Assembly (NCBI GenBank): GCA_030613345.1
Contig: JAUWMD010000002.1
Span: 1 to 33,289 of the forward strand
Direction: 5' to 3'
DNA length: 33,289 bases
Source of the DNA: Candidatus Krumholzibacteriota bacterium
GTDB lineage: Bacteria > Krumholzibacteriota > Krumholzibacteriia > Krumholzibacteriales > Krumholzibacteriaceae
Shown in pieces: positions 1-8,917 of this stretch (positions are counted from its first letter, which is position 1; every line of letters begins with the position of its first letter). Made by a program: the position numbers and the translations under genes. The notes under the pieces were generated by a model. That model was not told where the DNA came from. It saw only the letters and a list, made by a program, of their open reading frames with translations, and did no database searches.

Positions 1-1401
1 GAGGCAGGCATCCCCGAGGATGATCCGAGGAACCCCGGCGTGATTTCGGCCAACGTCGGCGACACCGTGGGAGATACGGCCGGAATGGGCGCCGATCTCT
101 TCGAGAGCTATGTCGGAAGCGTGGTCGCCACGATGGCGATCGGTGCGACATACGTCGCTGGCGAGATCACCGGCAGGATGACTTTTCCTCTTGTGCTGAT
201 TTCAATCGGTCTCGTAGCGTCGCTGATCGGCATACTTTCGCTGTCTGCTTTGAAGAAGGCGGGACCACAGTCCGCGCTCCGTTACAGCTTCTATATATCC
301 GTAGTGCTGTTTGTTATTGGCGCCTGGTTCGCCTCCAGAATGGTCATAGGAGTTGTCGAGCCCTTCTGGGCAGTCCTCGCCGGTATCATTGCCGGAGTAT
401 TGATCGGGGCTGAGAGTGAGTACTTTACTTCGGGCCCTCCCGTCAAGAAGGTCGCTGAAGCGAGCGAGACCGGACCGGCTACCAATATCATCACGGGAAT
501 GGCAATCGGTTATGAGAGCGTCATCCTTCCAGTGCTGACACTCGCTGGAGCGATGTACATCGCCCACACATACGGCGGTGGCCTTTACGGTATCGCGATA
601 TCGGCGGTTGGAATGCTTGGCACTATCGGCATCGTGATGTCGACAGATTCGTACGGTCCGATCGCCGACAATGCCGGCGGCATCGCCGAGATGTCGGGAG
701 CGGGACCGGAGATAAGAAAAATAACCGACAAGCTCGACTCGATCGGTAACACCACAGCGGCCGTAGGTAAGGGCTTCGCGATCGGTTCAGCTGCTCTCAC
801 GGCATTGGCTCTCTTCAGCGCGTACCAGAAGACGGTGGGAATCGAGAGCATTAACCTCATGAATGTCAAGACGGTGATCGGGCTCCTTCTCGGCTCGATG
901 ATGCCTTTCGTCATCGCATCGATGACGATGAAGGGTGTCGGCAGGGCCGCAACCAAGATGGTGATCGAGATCAGGCGGCAGTTCCGCGAGATCAAGGGCC
1001 TGATGGAAGGCACAGCCGAGCCTGACACCGACAGATGCGTGGACATCGTCACCAGGTCTGCTCTGCGGGAGATGGTCCTTCCCGGATGCATCGCCGTAGT
1101 GGCACCGCTCGTGATCGGATTCTTGCTTGGGGCAGAGGCTCTCGGAGGATTCCTTGCCGGCGCTACGGCGACCGGAGTACTTACAGGGATCTACATGTCG
1201 AACGCGGGCGGAACCTGGGACAACGCGAAGAAGTTTATCGAAGAGGGTAATCTCGGAGGCAAGGGGACGGACACGCACGCCGCGGCAGTGGTCGGCGACA
1301 CGGTCGGCGATCCCCTCAAGGATACCTCCGGCCCGAGCATGAACATCCTCATCAAGCTGATGGCCGTGGTATCGCTCGTATTTGCCCCCCTGTTCATGTA
1401 G
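1..1401 (+). CDS. hppA: Membrane-bound pyrophosphate-energised cation pump (H+/Na+-PPase), C-terminal ~466 aa; the 5' end lies upstream of the window
   Basis: Frame 1 is open from nt 1 ([37 protein letters not shown]...), so the tracked ORF 40..1401 is only an internal piece. Family signatures are [39 protein letters not shown] and [23 protein letters not shown], with many hydrophobic helices. The TAG stop at 1399-1401 is followed by a hairpin terminator. Confidence 0.95.
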   Translation, partial: EAGIPEDDPRNPGVISANVGDTVGDTAGMGADLFESYVGSVVATMAIGATYVAGEITGRMTFPLVLISIGLVASLIGILSLSALKKAGPQSALRYSFYISVVLFVIGAWFASRMVIGVVEPFWAVLAGIIAGVLIGAESEYFTSGPPVKKVAEASETGPATNIITGMAIGYESVILPVLTLAGAMYIAHTYGGGLYGIAISAVGMLGTIGIVMSTDSYGPIADNAGGIAEMSGAGPEIRKITDKLDSIGNTTAAVGKGFAIGSAALTALALFSAYQKTVGIESINLMNVKTVIGLLLGSMMPFVIASMTMKGVGRAATKMVIEIRRQFREIKGLMEGTAEPDTDRCVDIVTRSALREMVLPGCIAVVAPLVIGFLLGAEALGGFLAGATATGVLTGIYMSNAGGTWDNAKKFIEEGNLGGKGTDTHAAAVVGDTVGDPLKDTSGPSMNILIKLMAVVSLVFAPLFM

Positions 1402-1427
1402 ATTCAGGCTCGGGCACGAATAGATAA

Positions 1428-1463
1428 ACGGGTTCCCGTATTTCGGGGACCCGTATTTTCGTT
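1428..1463 (+). terminator. Rho-independent terminator after hppA
   Basis: ACGGGTTCCC (1428-1437), a 7-nt loop, then GGGGACCCGT (1445-1454). This gives a 10-bp stem with one mismatch, followed by ATTTTCGTT. Confidence 0.7.
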
Positions 1464-1473
1464 CCTTTCGGTA

Positions 1474-1502
1474 TTTACACCCTTACTCTGGTGTCATAGA
1501 CT
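1474..1502 (+). promoter_or_regulatory. Sigma70-type promoter candidate for ychF-archease-rtcB
   Basis: TTTACA (1474-1479), a 17-nt spacer, then TAGACT (1497-1502), about 40 nt upstream of the ychF start. The architecture matches the ggt promoter candidate at 6293-6321. Confidence 0.5.
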
Positions 1503-1546
1503 TCTGTCAGGTTCATTGAATATCACGAACGCGGACGGAGGTGACC

Positions 1547-2626
1547 GTGGCATTCACGATAGGAATCCTGGGCCTGCCAAACGTCGGGAAATCTACACTT
1601 CTAAATGCCCTGTCCCATGCCGGTGCAGAGGCCTCCAACTACCCGTTCTGCACGATCGAATGCAACCGGGGAGTCGTCGAGGTGCCGGACGACAGGCTCA
1701 AAAGGCTGGCCGAGCTTCTCGATCCGGAAGAAGTGATACCCTCTACGATAACCTACGTCGACATCGCCGGACTGGTCGAGGGAGCAAGCAGGGGCGAAGG
1801 ACTGGGCAACAAGTTTCTTCATCATGTCAGGGAAGCGACGATCCTCGCGCACGTCCTTCGCTGTTTCGAGGATCCAGACGTGAGCCATCTACTCGGAGAC
1901 GTCGATCCCGTCAGGGACGCCGGTGTTGTTGATACGGAACTCTTTTTATCCGATCTCGAGAGGATAGACAGCTGGATCTCGAAGGAGAAGGTAAGATCGA
2001 GGGCGCTGAAAAAGGGAGAACGGGGAGATTTCGATTTCCTCCAATCTGTAAGGGAAAAGATCGCGGCTGGTGAAAAAATCTCGAGAGATGATATCTCCGC
2101 CAGGAATCTCGAGATCTTCGACAGGCTCCAGCTGCTGACTTCAAAGCCCGTGATATACGTACTCAACTCCGGCGAGGAAGATGATACCGGTGAATGCGGT
2201 GAAGCGGTATCGCAGTTCGGGGAGGAAAGAGCTATATCGATCTCAGCCCGCCTGGAGAGAGAATTATCCGAGCTTCCTGAAGAAGATCGCGTTGAGTTCA
2301 TGAAGGAGATGGGAATCTCCGGCGAAGCGAGGGACAGGTTCGTGGGGAAGTGTCACGAACTGCTCGGAATGATCAGGTATTATACCTCGGCAAACAGGAA
2401 GCTGCAGGCCTGGTCCATTCCTGCGGGGACGGCGGCGCCGGCTGCGGCGGGCAGGATACATACAGACATGGAAAAGGGATTCATCAGGGCTAGGGTGATG
2501 GGTTATGGCGACCTCGTCGAGTACGGCACCGAGGCCGAGGTCCAGCATCACGGCCACCTCAGGACCGAAGGGCACGAATACGTGATACGCGACGGGGACG
2601 TTGTCGAGTTCATGTTCAACAGGTGA
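1547..2626 (+). CDS. ychF: Ribosome-binding ATPase YchF (Obg-like GTPase/ATPase family)
   Basis: The N-terminal P-loop is GILGLPNVGKSTLLNAL, followed by NYPFCTIE and DIAGLV(E)GAS. The C-terminal YchF/TGS-like block is IHTDMEKGFIRA...DGDVVEFMFN. The tracked GTG is at 1541, but the in-frame GTG at 1547 has better spacing to GGAGGTGA (1537-1544). Either start is possible. Confidence 0.93.
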   Translation: MAFTIGILGLPNVGKSTLLNALSHAGAEASNYPFCTIECNRGVVEVPDDRLKRLAELLDPEEVIPSTITYVDIAGLVEGASRGEGLGNKFLHHVREATILAHVLRCFEDPDVSHLLGDVDPVRDAGVVDTELFLSDLERIDSWISKEKVRSRALKKGERGDFDFLQSVREKIAAGEKISRDDISARNLEIFDRLQLLTSKPVIYVLNSGEEDDTGECGEAVSQFGEERAISISARLERELSELPEEDRVEFMKEMGISGEARDRFVGKCHELLGMIRYYTSANRKLQAWSIPAGTAAPAAAGRIHTDMEKGFIRARVMGYGDLVEYGTEAEVQHHGHLRTEGHEYVIRDGDVVEFMFNR

Positions 2627-2629
2627 GTC

Positions 2630-3067
2630 ATGACAGGCAGGGGACACGAGACACTGGAACATACCGCCGACATGGGTCTCCGCGGCTGGGGAGGAAGCCC
2701 GGCAGAGGCATTCGAGGAGACCGCGCTCGCGATGTTCGACCTGATGGTCGACAGGCACGGTGCTGCTGCCGAGACCGATCACAGGCTGTCGATCGGCGGC
2801 AGAGATCTGACCGGGCTGCTCATAGAATTTCTCAACGAGCTTCTCTCGTTCGCAGATATCGAGGATACGGCCTTCGTATCGGTGAGGATCGAAAGGCTCG
2901 AGGGTGGAGGAGAGGAGTGGGACCTCGATGCCGTGATCGGAGGCATCCCGCGCGGGAAATGCCGTAAGCGCCTCCTCTCCGAGGTCAAGGCTGCCACCTG
3001 GTACGGGGCATCGGTCGGCCGTGACAGCGACGGCCGGTGGGTGGCCGGCTGCGTCGTGGACATGTAA
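2630..3067 (+). CDS. Archease (RtcB activator/chaperone)
   Basis: The product is 145 aa, with N-terminal EHTADMGLRGWG (the archease HTAD signature) and C-terminal KAATWYGASV...VVDM. It starts 3 nt after the ychF stop and sits immediately upstream of rtcB. Confidence 0.85.
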   Translation: MTGRGHETLEHTADMGLRGWGGSPAEAFEETALAMFDLMVDRHGAAAETDHRLSIGGRDLTGLLIEFLNELLSFADIEDTAFVSVRIERLEGGGEEWDLDAVIGGIPRGKCRKRLLSEVKAATWYGASVGRDSDGRWVAGCVVDM

Positions 3068-3090
3068 TCCGGAGATGAAAGACGGCAGAG

Positions 3091-4542
3091 ATGAAGGTAG
3101 AAGTAGAGAAGATCGGCGAATTCCTCTGGGAGATCCCCCGATCGGGCAGGATGCGCGTTCCCGGGCGCATCTATGCGGACGGCGAATCGATGAGGTTCCT
3201 GCTCAAGGAGAGCGGGACGAAGCAGTGGGATGCCCTCACCCAGGTAAGGAACGTCGCATGCCTTCCCGGGATCGTAGGCGCGTCGATGGCGATGGCCGAC
3301 ATCCATCCCGGCTACGGATTCCCCATAGGAGGAGTGGGAGCGTTCGATCCGGGCGAGGGAGTGGTCTCGATCGCCGGGGTGGGCTTCGACATCAATTGCG
3401 GCGTGCGGTCGATGCTAGTCGACGTAACGAAAGAACGTATCGAGCTCAATCGCGAAAGGGTCGCCGAGGAACTGTTCAATTCCGTTCCCGCCGGTATCGG
3501 TTCGACGGGGACTCTCAGGCTCTCCGTCCGCGAGATCGACAGGGTTCTTGTCGAGGGTGCGTCCTTCGCCCTGGACAGAGGATACGGGGTGGAGGAGGAT
3601 CTGGAGTATATCGAAGAGGGAGGGACGGTCGCAGGCGCCGATCCTTCGACGGTCAGCCCGAGAGCGAAGGAGCGGCAGCGCAGGCAGGTGGGGACTCTCG
3701 GCTCGGGAAATCATTATCTGGAGGTGCAGTACGTAGAAGAGATCTTCGACGAAGAGGCCGCTTCCGCGTTCGGCCTTCTTCCCGGCGGGATCGTAGTGAG
3801 CATTCACACGGGGAGCCGTGCACTCGGCCACCAGATCGGAACGGACTACCAGAGCGTTCTGAGAAAGGCCTCAGCGAAATACGGGATACCGGTCACCGAG
3901 AGCGAGCTGATGGCGGCGCCGATAAACAGCCCGGAGGGAAAGCGGTATATCGCCGCTGTGCGGGCTGGGATCAACTGCGCCTTCGCGAACAGACAGGCGA
4001 TCTCGGGCCTGGTACGAGACGTCTTTAAAAGACTCTTTCGTCTCGACGACGGACAGATAAGGACGCTCTACGAAGTCGGTCACAACAACCTCAAGCTCGA
4101 GACTCACGATACTGCCGAAGGCAGGAGAAATCTCCTCGTCCACCGTAAGGGAGCTACAAGGGCGTTCGCCGCCGGGCGGATGGAGGTGCCGGTAAGATAC
4201 CGAAGGGTCGGACAGCCCGTGCTCGTCGGAGGGACGATGGGGACCTCTTCGTTTATCCTCGTCGGAACCGAGCGAGGTATGGCCGAGACGTTCGGAAGCG
4301 CCGTCCACGGAGCGGGGAGGATGAAATCGCGTAAAAAAGCCCTCAGGGAATACCGAGGCGAAGAGGTGATAAGAGATCTGGCCGGCTCGGGAATCCTGGT
4401 GCGTACGCGCAGTATGAAGGGCGCCGCGGAGGAAGCCCCCGGCGCCTACAAGGACGTCGACAGGGTCGTGGCGATCATGGAAGGCGCAGGGGTGAACAGG
4501 CGCGTGGCGCGCCTGCGGCCGATGATCTGCGTAAAGGGATGA
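3091..4542 (+). CDS. rtcB: RNA 3'-phosphate/2',3'-cyclic phosphate-5'-OH ligase RtcB (long, archaeal/eukaryal-type, 483 aa)
   Basis: Motifs are DIHPGYGFPIGGV, GFDINCGVR, GSGNHYLEVQ, IHTGSR, HRKGATRA and the nucleotidylated-His motif VHGAGR. Confidence 0.95.
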   Translation: MKVEVEKIGEFLWEIPRSGRMRVPGRIYADGESMRFLLKESGTKQWDALTQVRNVACLPGIVGASMAMADIHPGYGFPIGGVGAFDPGEGVVSIAGVGFDINCGVRSMLVDVTKERIELNRERVAEELFNSVPAGIGSTGTLRLSVREIDRVLVEGASFALDRGYGVEEDLEYIEEGGTVAGADPSTVSPRAKERQRRQVGTLGSGNHYLEVQYVEEIFDEEAASAFGLLPGGIVVSIHTGSRALGHQIGTDYQSVLRKASAKYGIPVTESELMAAPINSPEGKRYIAAVRAGINCAFANRQAISGLVRDVFKRLFRLDDGQIRTLYEVGHNNLKLETHDTAEGRRNLLVHRKGATRAFAAGRMEVPVRYRRVGQPVLVGGTMGTSSFILVGTERGMAETFGSAVHGAGRMKSRKKALREYRGEEVIRDLAGSGILVRTRSMKGAAEEAPGAYKDVDRVVAIMEGAGVNRRVARLRPMICVKG

Positions 4543-6177
4543 TCAGTCGTCCCCGCATCTCAACTTGAGGATCAGCATATCCTCGCTGGTGTCCTCGACA
4601 GGTTCCCACTCGGCTATGCTCTCCATCCGTACGGTGCATTTTCCCGAAGACACCCATTTGTTCTCGTGGTTGTAGCTCCATCCGAGATATTCCGACCCAC
4701 CCGCTCCCTCGGTCGTGATGAGGAACCTGTTCGATATTCCTCCGAAGGCCGCGCCCTGGTCTGCCGGCAGGTCTCTGTCGCCGGCGTTGGCGTCGACCGG
4801 TACCCAGCCGTACCCGGGAAGATAGATCTCGTTCCACCTGTGGAAGACGTCGTCGTAGCTCGCGTCGTCGCCCCTTACAACGAGGGAGCCGACGTATCTC
4901 GCCGGTACACCCGCAGCCCTGCAGAGGGCGATGAACGAGAAGGTATACTCTGAGCACGAACCGTTCCTGCGCTCGAGCACCGTCGGTGCGGTATTCCAGC
5001 CGCCGGCGAGTTTGTATTCCATGTTTGCAATGAGATACTGGTAGAGCTTTCTCGCCTTCCAGTAGAGGTTTTCCTCGTCGCCGACTACCTCATCGACTAT
5101 CCCCTGGATATAGGAGTGGGTGATATCGTACTTGATGTCGTCGGCGAGGTACTTCTCCCTGATATTCCTCGGGATCTTTTTCCCGACCCTGTCCGGCCTG
5201 ATAAAATACCTTATCGCAGATGCTTCGACGGCGGCCTTCATCGTCACCTCGACCGACTCGCCGGGTTCGAGTCCCTCGAAGGAGAACGCAGCGATCTTCT
5301 GATCCCAGCTGTCCTTCTTCATCACAGGCTCGGGCCGATAGGTCAGATCGGCGAGGATCTTCTGTCCGGGCCTGTCGGAGGGGACGGCGTAGAAGATATC
5401 GAGTTTCTCGATCCTGCCCGTGCCCGTCGCGACAGCCTCCGTAGTAAAATCGACGATCGCCTTTCTCGGATCGCTCGTCCTGAAAAGTTCATCGTCGAGA
5501 GTCACTATCCTGTACAGGGCGTCGTCCTGGTAGTCGGCGTTGAGAAGAAAGCCTTCCCTCCAGGCGAGTCCCCAGGTGAACGACCCGGGAGCGTCCAGCA
5601 CCTGCACGACCATCCCGCTGACAGGATCGATCATATATATGCAGTCCCTGACACGGTCGGAGCACCAGAGGTATCCGTTCCCGAATACGATCGAGCGCGG
5701 GTCGGTGGCGGGAGCGCGGAAAGAGACGATCGTCGTCCCGTCGGCAGGGTCGATATTGAGGATCCTGTCGGTCTTGTTGTCGCAGATCCAGAGAGCGTTT
5801 TCATCCCAGGCGATCCCTGTCGGGCTGGGAGTGGGAGATTCAAGAGTCCTTACCGTATGTCCGGTCACGGGATCGGTAGCGTAGATCGCGCCTGCTCCCG
5901 GGTCGGTGCTCCACAGGAGGGAGCCGTCCCATGCAAGCCCGGAGGGAAACCACCCCGGCGATTCGATCTCGCGCAGGACGCTTCCGGAGCCTGGGTCGAT
6001 CTCGTAGAACAGATCGGTCTTCCTGTCCGCGATCCACAGGGTGCGTCCCGTCCAGGCGACTCCCGTCGGATGCCCGAAGGGCAGCGGAGTCTTTTCCTCG
6101 ATATCTCCTGGCACAGCGAAGGCGGCTGTGCAGAATAAGGTCAGCAGAGCGGTGATGACGGGCACGGATCTTCTCAT
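4543..6177 (-). CDS. Secreted beta-propeller + transglutaminase-like (Cys-His-Asp) domain protein
   Basis: The C-terminal transglutaminase core is GSCSEYTFSFIALCRAAGVPARYV ... HRWNEIYLPGYGWVPVDA. The N-terminal half has five ~45-aa blades (LWIADRKTDLFYEIDP, LWSTDPGAGAIYATDP, LWICDNKTDRILNIDP, LWCSDRVRDCIYMIDP, LLNADYQDDALYRI). I moved the start to the ATG at 6177 (MRRSVPVITALLTLFCTAAFA, a signal peptide), which has GGAGGAAC 4 nt upstream. The tracked ORF extends to 6264. Confidence 0.85.
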   Translation of the reverse strand: MRRSVPVITALLTLFCTAAFAVPGDIEEKTPLPFGHPTGVAWTGRTLWIADRKTDLFYEIDPGSGSVLREIESPGWFPSGLAWDGSLLWSTDPGAGAIYATDPVTGHTVRTLESPTPSPTGIAWDENALWICDNKTDRILNIDPADGTTIVSFRAPATDPRSIVFGNGYLWCSDRVRDCIYMIDPVSGMVVQVLDAPGSFTWGLAWREGFLLNADYQDDALYRIVTLDDELFRTSDPRKAIVDFTTEAVATGTGRIEKLDIFYAVPSDRPGQKILADLTYRPEPVMKKDSWDQKIAAFSFEGLEPGESVEVTMKAAVEASAIRYFIRPDRVGKKIPRNIREKYLADDIKYDITHSYIQGIVDEVVGDEENLYWKARKLYQYLIANMEYKLAGGWNTAPTVLERRNGSCSEYTFSFIALCRAAGVPARYVGSLVVRGDDASYDDVFHRWNEIYLPGYGWVPVDANAGDRDLPADQGAAFGGISNRFLITTEGAGGSEYLGWSYNHENKWVSSGKCTVRMESIAEWEPVEDTSEDMLILKLRCGDD

Positions 6178-6222
6178 TACGGTTCCTCCAGTTCTAGAGA
6201 CATACGCTTGTCCGATCGATAA

Positions 6223-6252
6223 AGTGTACGTGAGATCGCCACCGTTGGTCAA
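6223..6252 (-). promoter_or_regulatory. Promoter candidate for the transglutaminase-like gene, overlapped by a palindrome
   Basis: The minus strand reads TTGACC (6252-6247), an 18-nt spacer, then TACACT (6228-6223). The -35 element lies inside the palindrome ACCGTTG-GT-CAACGGT (6241-6256). Confidence 0.35.
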
Positions 6253-6292
6253 CGGTATCGACACGACCTGTTAATACAATATCTTTTCAGTG

Positions 6293-6321
6293 TTTACAAA
6301 CGGGAACGGGACTGATAGAAT
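6293..6321 (+). promoter_or_regulatory. Sigma70-type promoter candidate for ggt
   Basis: TTTACA (6293-6298), a 17-nt spacer, then TAGAAT (6316-6321). It is followed by a direct repeat TAGTGTT-N4-TAGTGTT (6321-6338). Confidence 0.5.
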
Positions 6322-6377
6322 AGTGTTCAAGTAGTGTTATCCACAGTTACGAGGCACCAGACGCAGGATTGCTTCAG

Positions 6378-8099
6378 ATGCCCCGCAGAATGTACAAGAT
6401 CCTGTTAGTGGCGATCTCCCCTGTAATCGTCATCATCACTGTAGCGGGCGGGCTTTCGAGCGCGCTCGCGGTGGAGTGGAGCGCCCGGTCGAAGGGCGGG
6501 ATGGTCGCTTCGGCCTGCCCGGAAGCGACGGCTGCCGGTGTCCGTGTGCTGGAAGCGGGAGGAAACGCCGTCGATGCGTCGATCGCCGTAGGGTTCGTAC
6601 TTGCGGTGAGCTATCCCGCCGCCGGTAATATCGGAGGCGGCGGATTCATGCTCATACGCCTGGCTGATGGAGAGACCTCCTTGATCGATTTCAGGGAAAA
6701 GGCTCCGTCAGGGGCGCACAGGGACATGTATCTCGATCGGGATGGCGATGTCATAGAGGATCTCAGCGTCCGCGGCCATCTCGCCTCGGGAGTGCCGGGA
6801 ACGGTGGCAGGGTTCTGGAAGGCTCACCAGATGCATGGATCGACCGAATGGAGGGAACTGGTCGCTCCATCGGTCGAGCTGGCGGAGAATGGATTCCCGG
6901 TAGGACCCCATCTGGCCGCATCACTCGAGAAGCTGCACGTACATCTGGAGAAGTGGCCCGGCCTCTCGAAGTTTTTCGACAGGGAAGGCAGGCCATTCGA
7001 CGTCGGCGATATCCTCGTGCAGCACGATCTTGCCCGAACCCTCGAAGCGATAGCGGAAGAGGGCCCGGACGGCTTCTACTCGGGCAGGACCGCAGGGCTC
7101 ATTGAGGAGGAGATGAGGAGAGGGGGCGGCCTGATCACGGAGGAGGACCTCGCTTCATACGAGGCTGTCGAGCGGGAGCCGGTGAAAGGGAGCTACAGGG
7201 GATTCGATATCATATCCGCGCCTCCGCCGAGCTCCGGCGGCGTCGTACTGCTGGAAATACTGAACATTCTCGAGGGTTACGATATCGGTGGGATGAGGGA
7301 CATCGAGGAGGTTCATCTCGTCATCGAGGCCGAGAGAAGGGCATATGCCGACAGGGCTCAGTGGCTCGGCGACCCCGATTTTGCGGATATTCCTGTAGAG
7401 AGGCTGATATCAAAAGATTATGCAGGTGACTTGAGAAACAACATAAAGACACGGGCGGCACGTTCCGTCGAACTGGATGCAGGCGGCAGTCATATGACTG
7501 AGAGCGAGGAGACGACGCATTACTCGGTAGTAGACGCCGGTGGGAACGCGGTGGCGGTGACAACGACGCTCAACGGATCGTATGGATCGTATGTCGTCGT
7601 AGGGGGATCCGGCTTCCTGATGAACAACGAGATGGACGATTTCTCCGTCAAGCCAGGCGTTGCGAACATGTACGGGCTGACGGGCGGTGAGGCCAATGCG
7701 ATCGTACCGGGGAAGAGGATGCTCAGCTCCATGTCGCCGACGATCGTAGTCAGGGACGGCGAGACCTGGCTGGTGCTGGGCAGTCCCGGCGGATCGACGA
7801 TAATCACGACTGTCGCGCAGGTGATGATGAATATAATCGATTTCGGGATGGAACCTCTGGAAGCGGTAGCTGCTCCGAGGTATCATCACCAGTGGAGCCC
7901 CGATCTCGTCTACCACGAGGAAAACGCTTTCACGGCAGATGAGAGGGCAGGGCTGGAGAGGAAGGGACACGAACTGAGACGGCGCCCTCCTATCGGGGAC
8001 GTGCAGCTCATCATGAAGGACGGAACGTCCCTGGTGGGCATCTCCGATACGAGAAGGGGCGGACTCTCCCGGGGAACCGGGAAGGATGAGAGTCAATAA
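6378..8099 (+). CDS. ggt: Gamma-glutamyltranspeptidase / glutathione hydrolase proenzyme
   Basis: There is an N-terminal signal/anchor (ILLVAISPVIVIITVAGGLSSALA). GGT family blocks are GGNAVDA, GNIGGGGFMLI and the autoprocessing/catalytic Thr context ETTHYSVVDAGGNAVAVTTTLNGSYGS, plus MNNEMDDF and PGKRMLSSMSPT. The ATG at 6378 is preferred over the tracked TTG at 6369 because AGGA lies 9 nt upstream. Confidence 0.93.
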   Translation: MPRRMYKILLVAISPVIVIITVAGGLSSALAVEWSARSKGGMVASACPEATAAGVRVLEAGGNAVDASIAVGFVLAVSYPAAGNIGGGGFMLIRLADGETSLIDFREKAPSGAHRDMYLDRDGDVIEDLSVRGHLASGVPGTVAGFWKAHQMHGSTEWRELVAPSVELAENGFPVGPHLAASLEKLHVHLEKWPGLSKFFDREGRPFDVGDILVQHDLARTLEAIAEEGPDGFYSGRTAGLIEEEMRRGGGLITEEDLASYEAVEREPVKGSYRGFDIISAPPPSSGGVVLLEILNILEGYDIGGMRDIEEVHLVIEAERRAYADRAQWLGDPDFADIPVERLISKDYAGDLRNNIKTRAARSVELDAGGSHMTESEETTHYSVVDAGGNAVAVTTTLNGSYGSYVVVGGSGFLMNNEMDDFSVKPGVANMYGLTGGEANAIVPGKRMLSSMSPTIVVRDGETWLVLGSPGGSTIITTVAQVMMNIIDFGMEPLEAVAAPRYHHQWSPDLVYHEENAFTADERAGLERKGHELRRRPPIGDVQLIMKDGTSLVGISDTRRGGLSRGTGKDESQ

Positions 8100-8122
8100 A
8101 CAGGAGAGGAAGGAGACTGACG

Positions 8123-8899
8123 ATGAAGAATACGGCAATCTGGGCGCTGGCGATCTGGGTGCTGGTCATGGCGTTCGTCACGTGCATTCCCGGGCGTGCC
8201 GCAGCGCAGATCGATCCCTACGATATTCAGGACGCTTTCGGGCGCTTCCCGTTCGCAAGGGTGATCCCTCTGGACAACGGGAATGCATGGGGGATGATCT
8301 ACGTCGACGTCTACGGCAGGATCTATCTCAAACGTGCCACGAACAGGGGATGGAAGAGGGAATTTGAGATCACGAACCTCGGGGCCAAGGTGAAAAGCTA
8401 TGATATCCTGGACGTTGAGCAGGACGGGGTCCTGGAACTCGTGATTTCGACCATGGCTGGACGCATCCTGATCTACAGTCTCGACGACTATACCAATACC
8501 TGGGAAAACATCGAGGACGACTTCACGAGCATAGAGGCATTTGACATCGAGAATGTGGACCACGACCCCCAGGTGGAATTCATCGTCCTGGCAAACGGGA
8601 CACTCTATATCATAGATTCGATCGACAAGAGCAGGCAGTGGATCAGCGAGAGGAAGTTCACGGCGACCGAACTGATAGTAGCCAATGTCGATAAGGACGA
8701 GCAGAAAGAGATAATCCTCAACACGGGTATTGTCATAGACACCAAGTTCTATGTGATAGACCTCGAATGGGACAAGCCGTTCGGCGAACGGATCAGCACG
8801 TTCGACTTCAATAACGACGGCATTCCAGAGGTGATAGGCGAATTCTCCGATTATTCGCTGAGGATATTCGACGTCTACTCCCAGAGAGAGATCTGGTAG
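8123..8899 (+). CDS. Secreted hypothetical protein with FG-GAP/VCBS-like repeats
   Basis: It has a signal peptide (AIWALAIWVLVMAFVTCIPGRAAAQ). Calcium-loop-like repeats recur: DVEQDGVLELVI, NVDHDPQVEFIVL, NVDKDEQKEIIL and DFNNDGIPEVIG. Confidence 0.6.
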   Translation: MKNTAIWALAIWVLVMAFVTCIPGRAAAQIDPYDIQDAFGRFPFARVIPLDNGNAWGMIYVDVYGRIYLKRATNRGWKREFEITNLGAKVKSYDILDVEQDGVLELVISTMAGRILIYSLDDYTNTWENIEDDFTSIEAFDIENVDHDPQVEFIVLANGTLYIIDSIDKSRQWISERKFTATELIVANVDKDEQKEIILNTGIVIDTKFYVIDLEWDKPFGERISTFDFNNDGIPEVIGEFSDYSLRIFDVYSQREIW

Positions 8900-8917
8900 G
8901 TAGAATACTCTGCCAGG

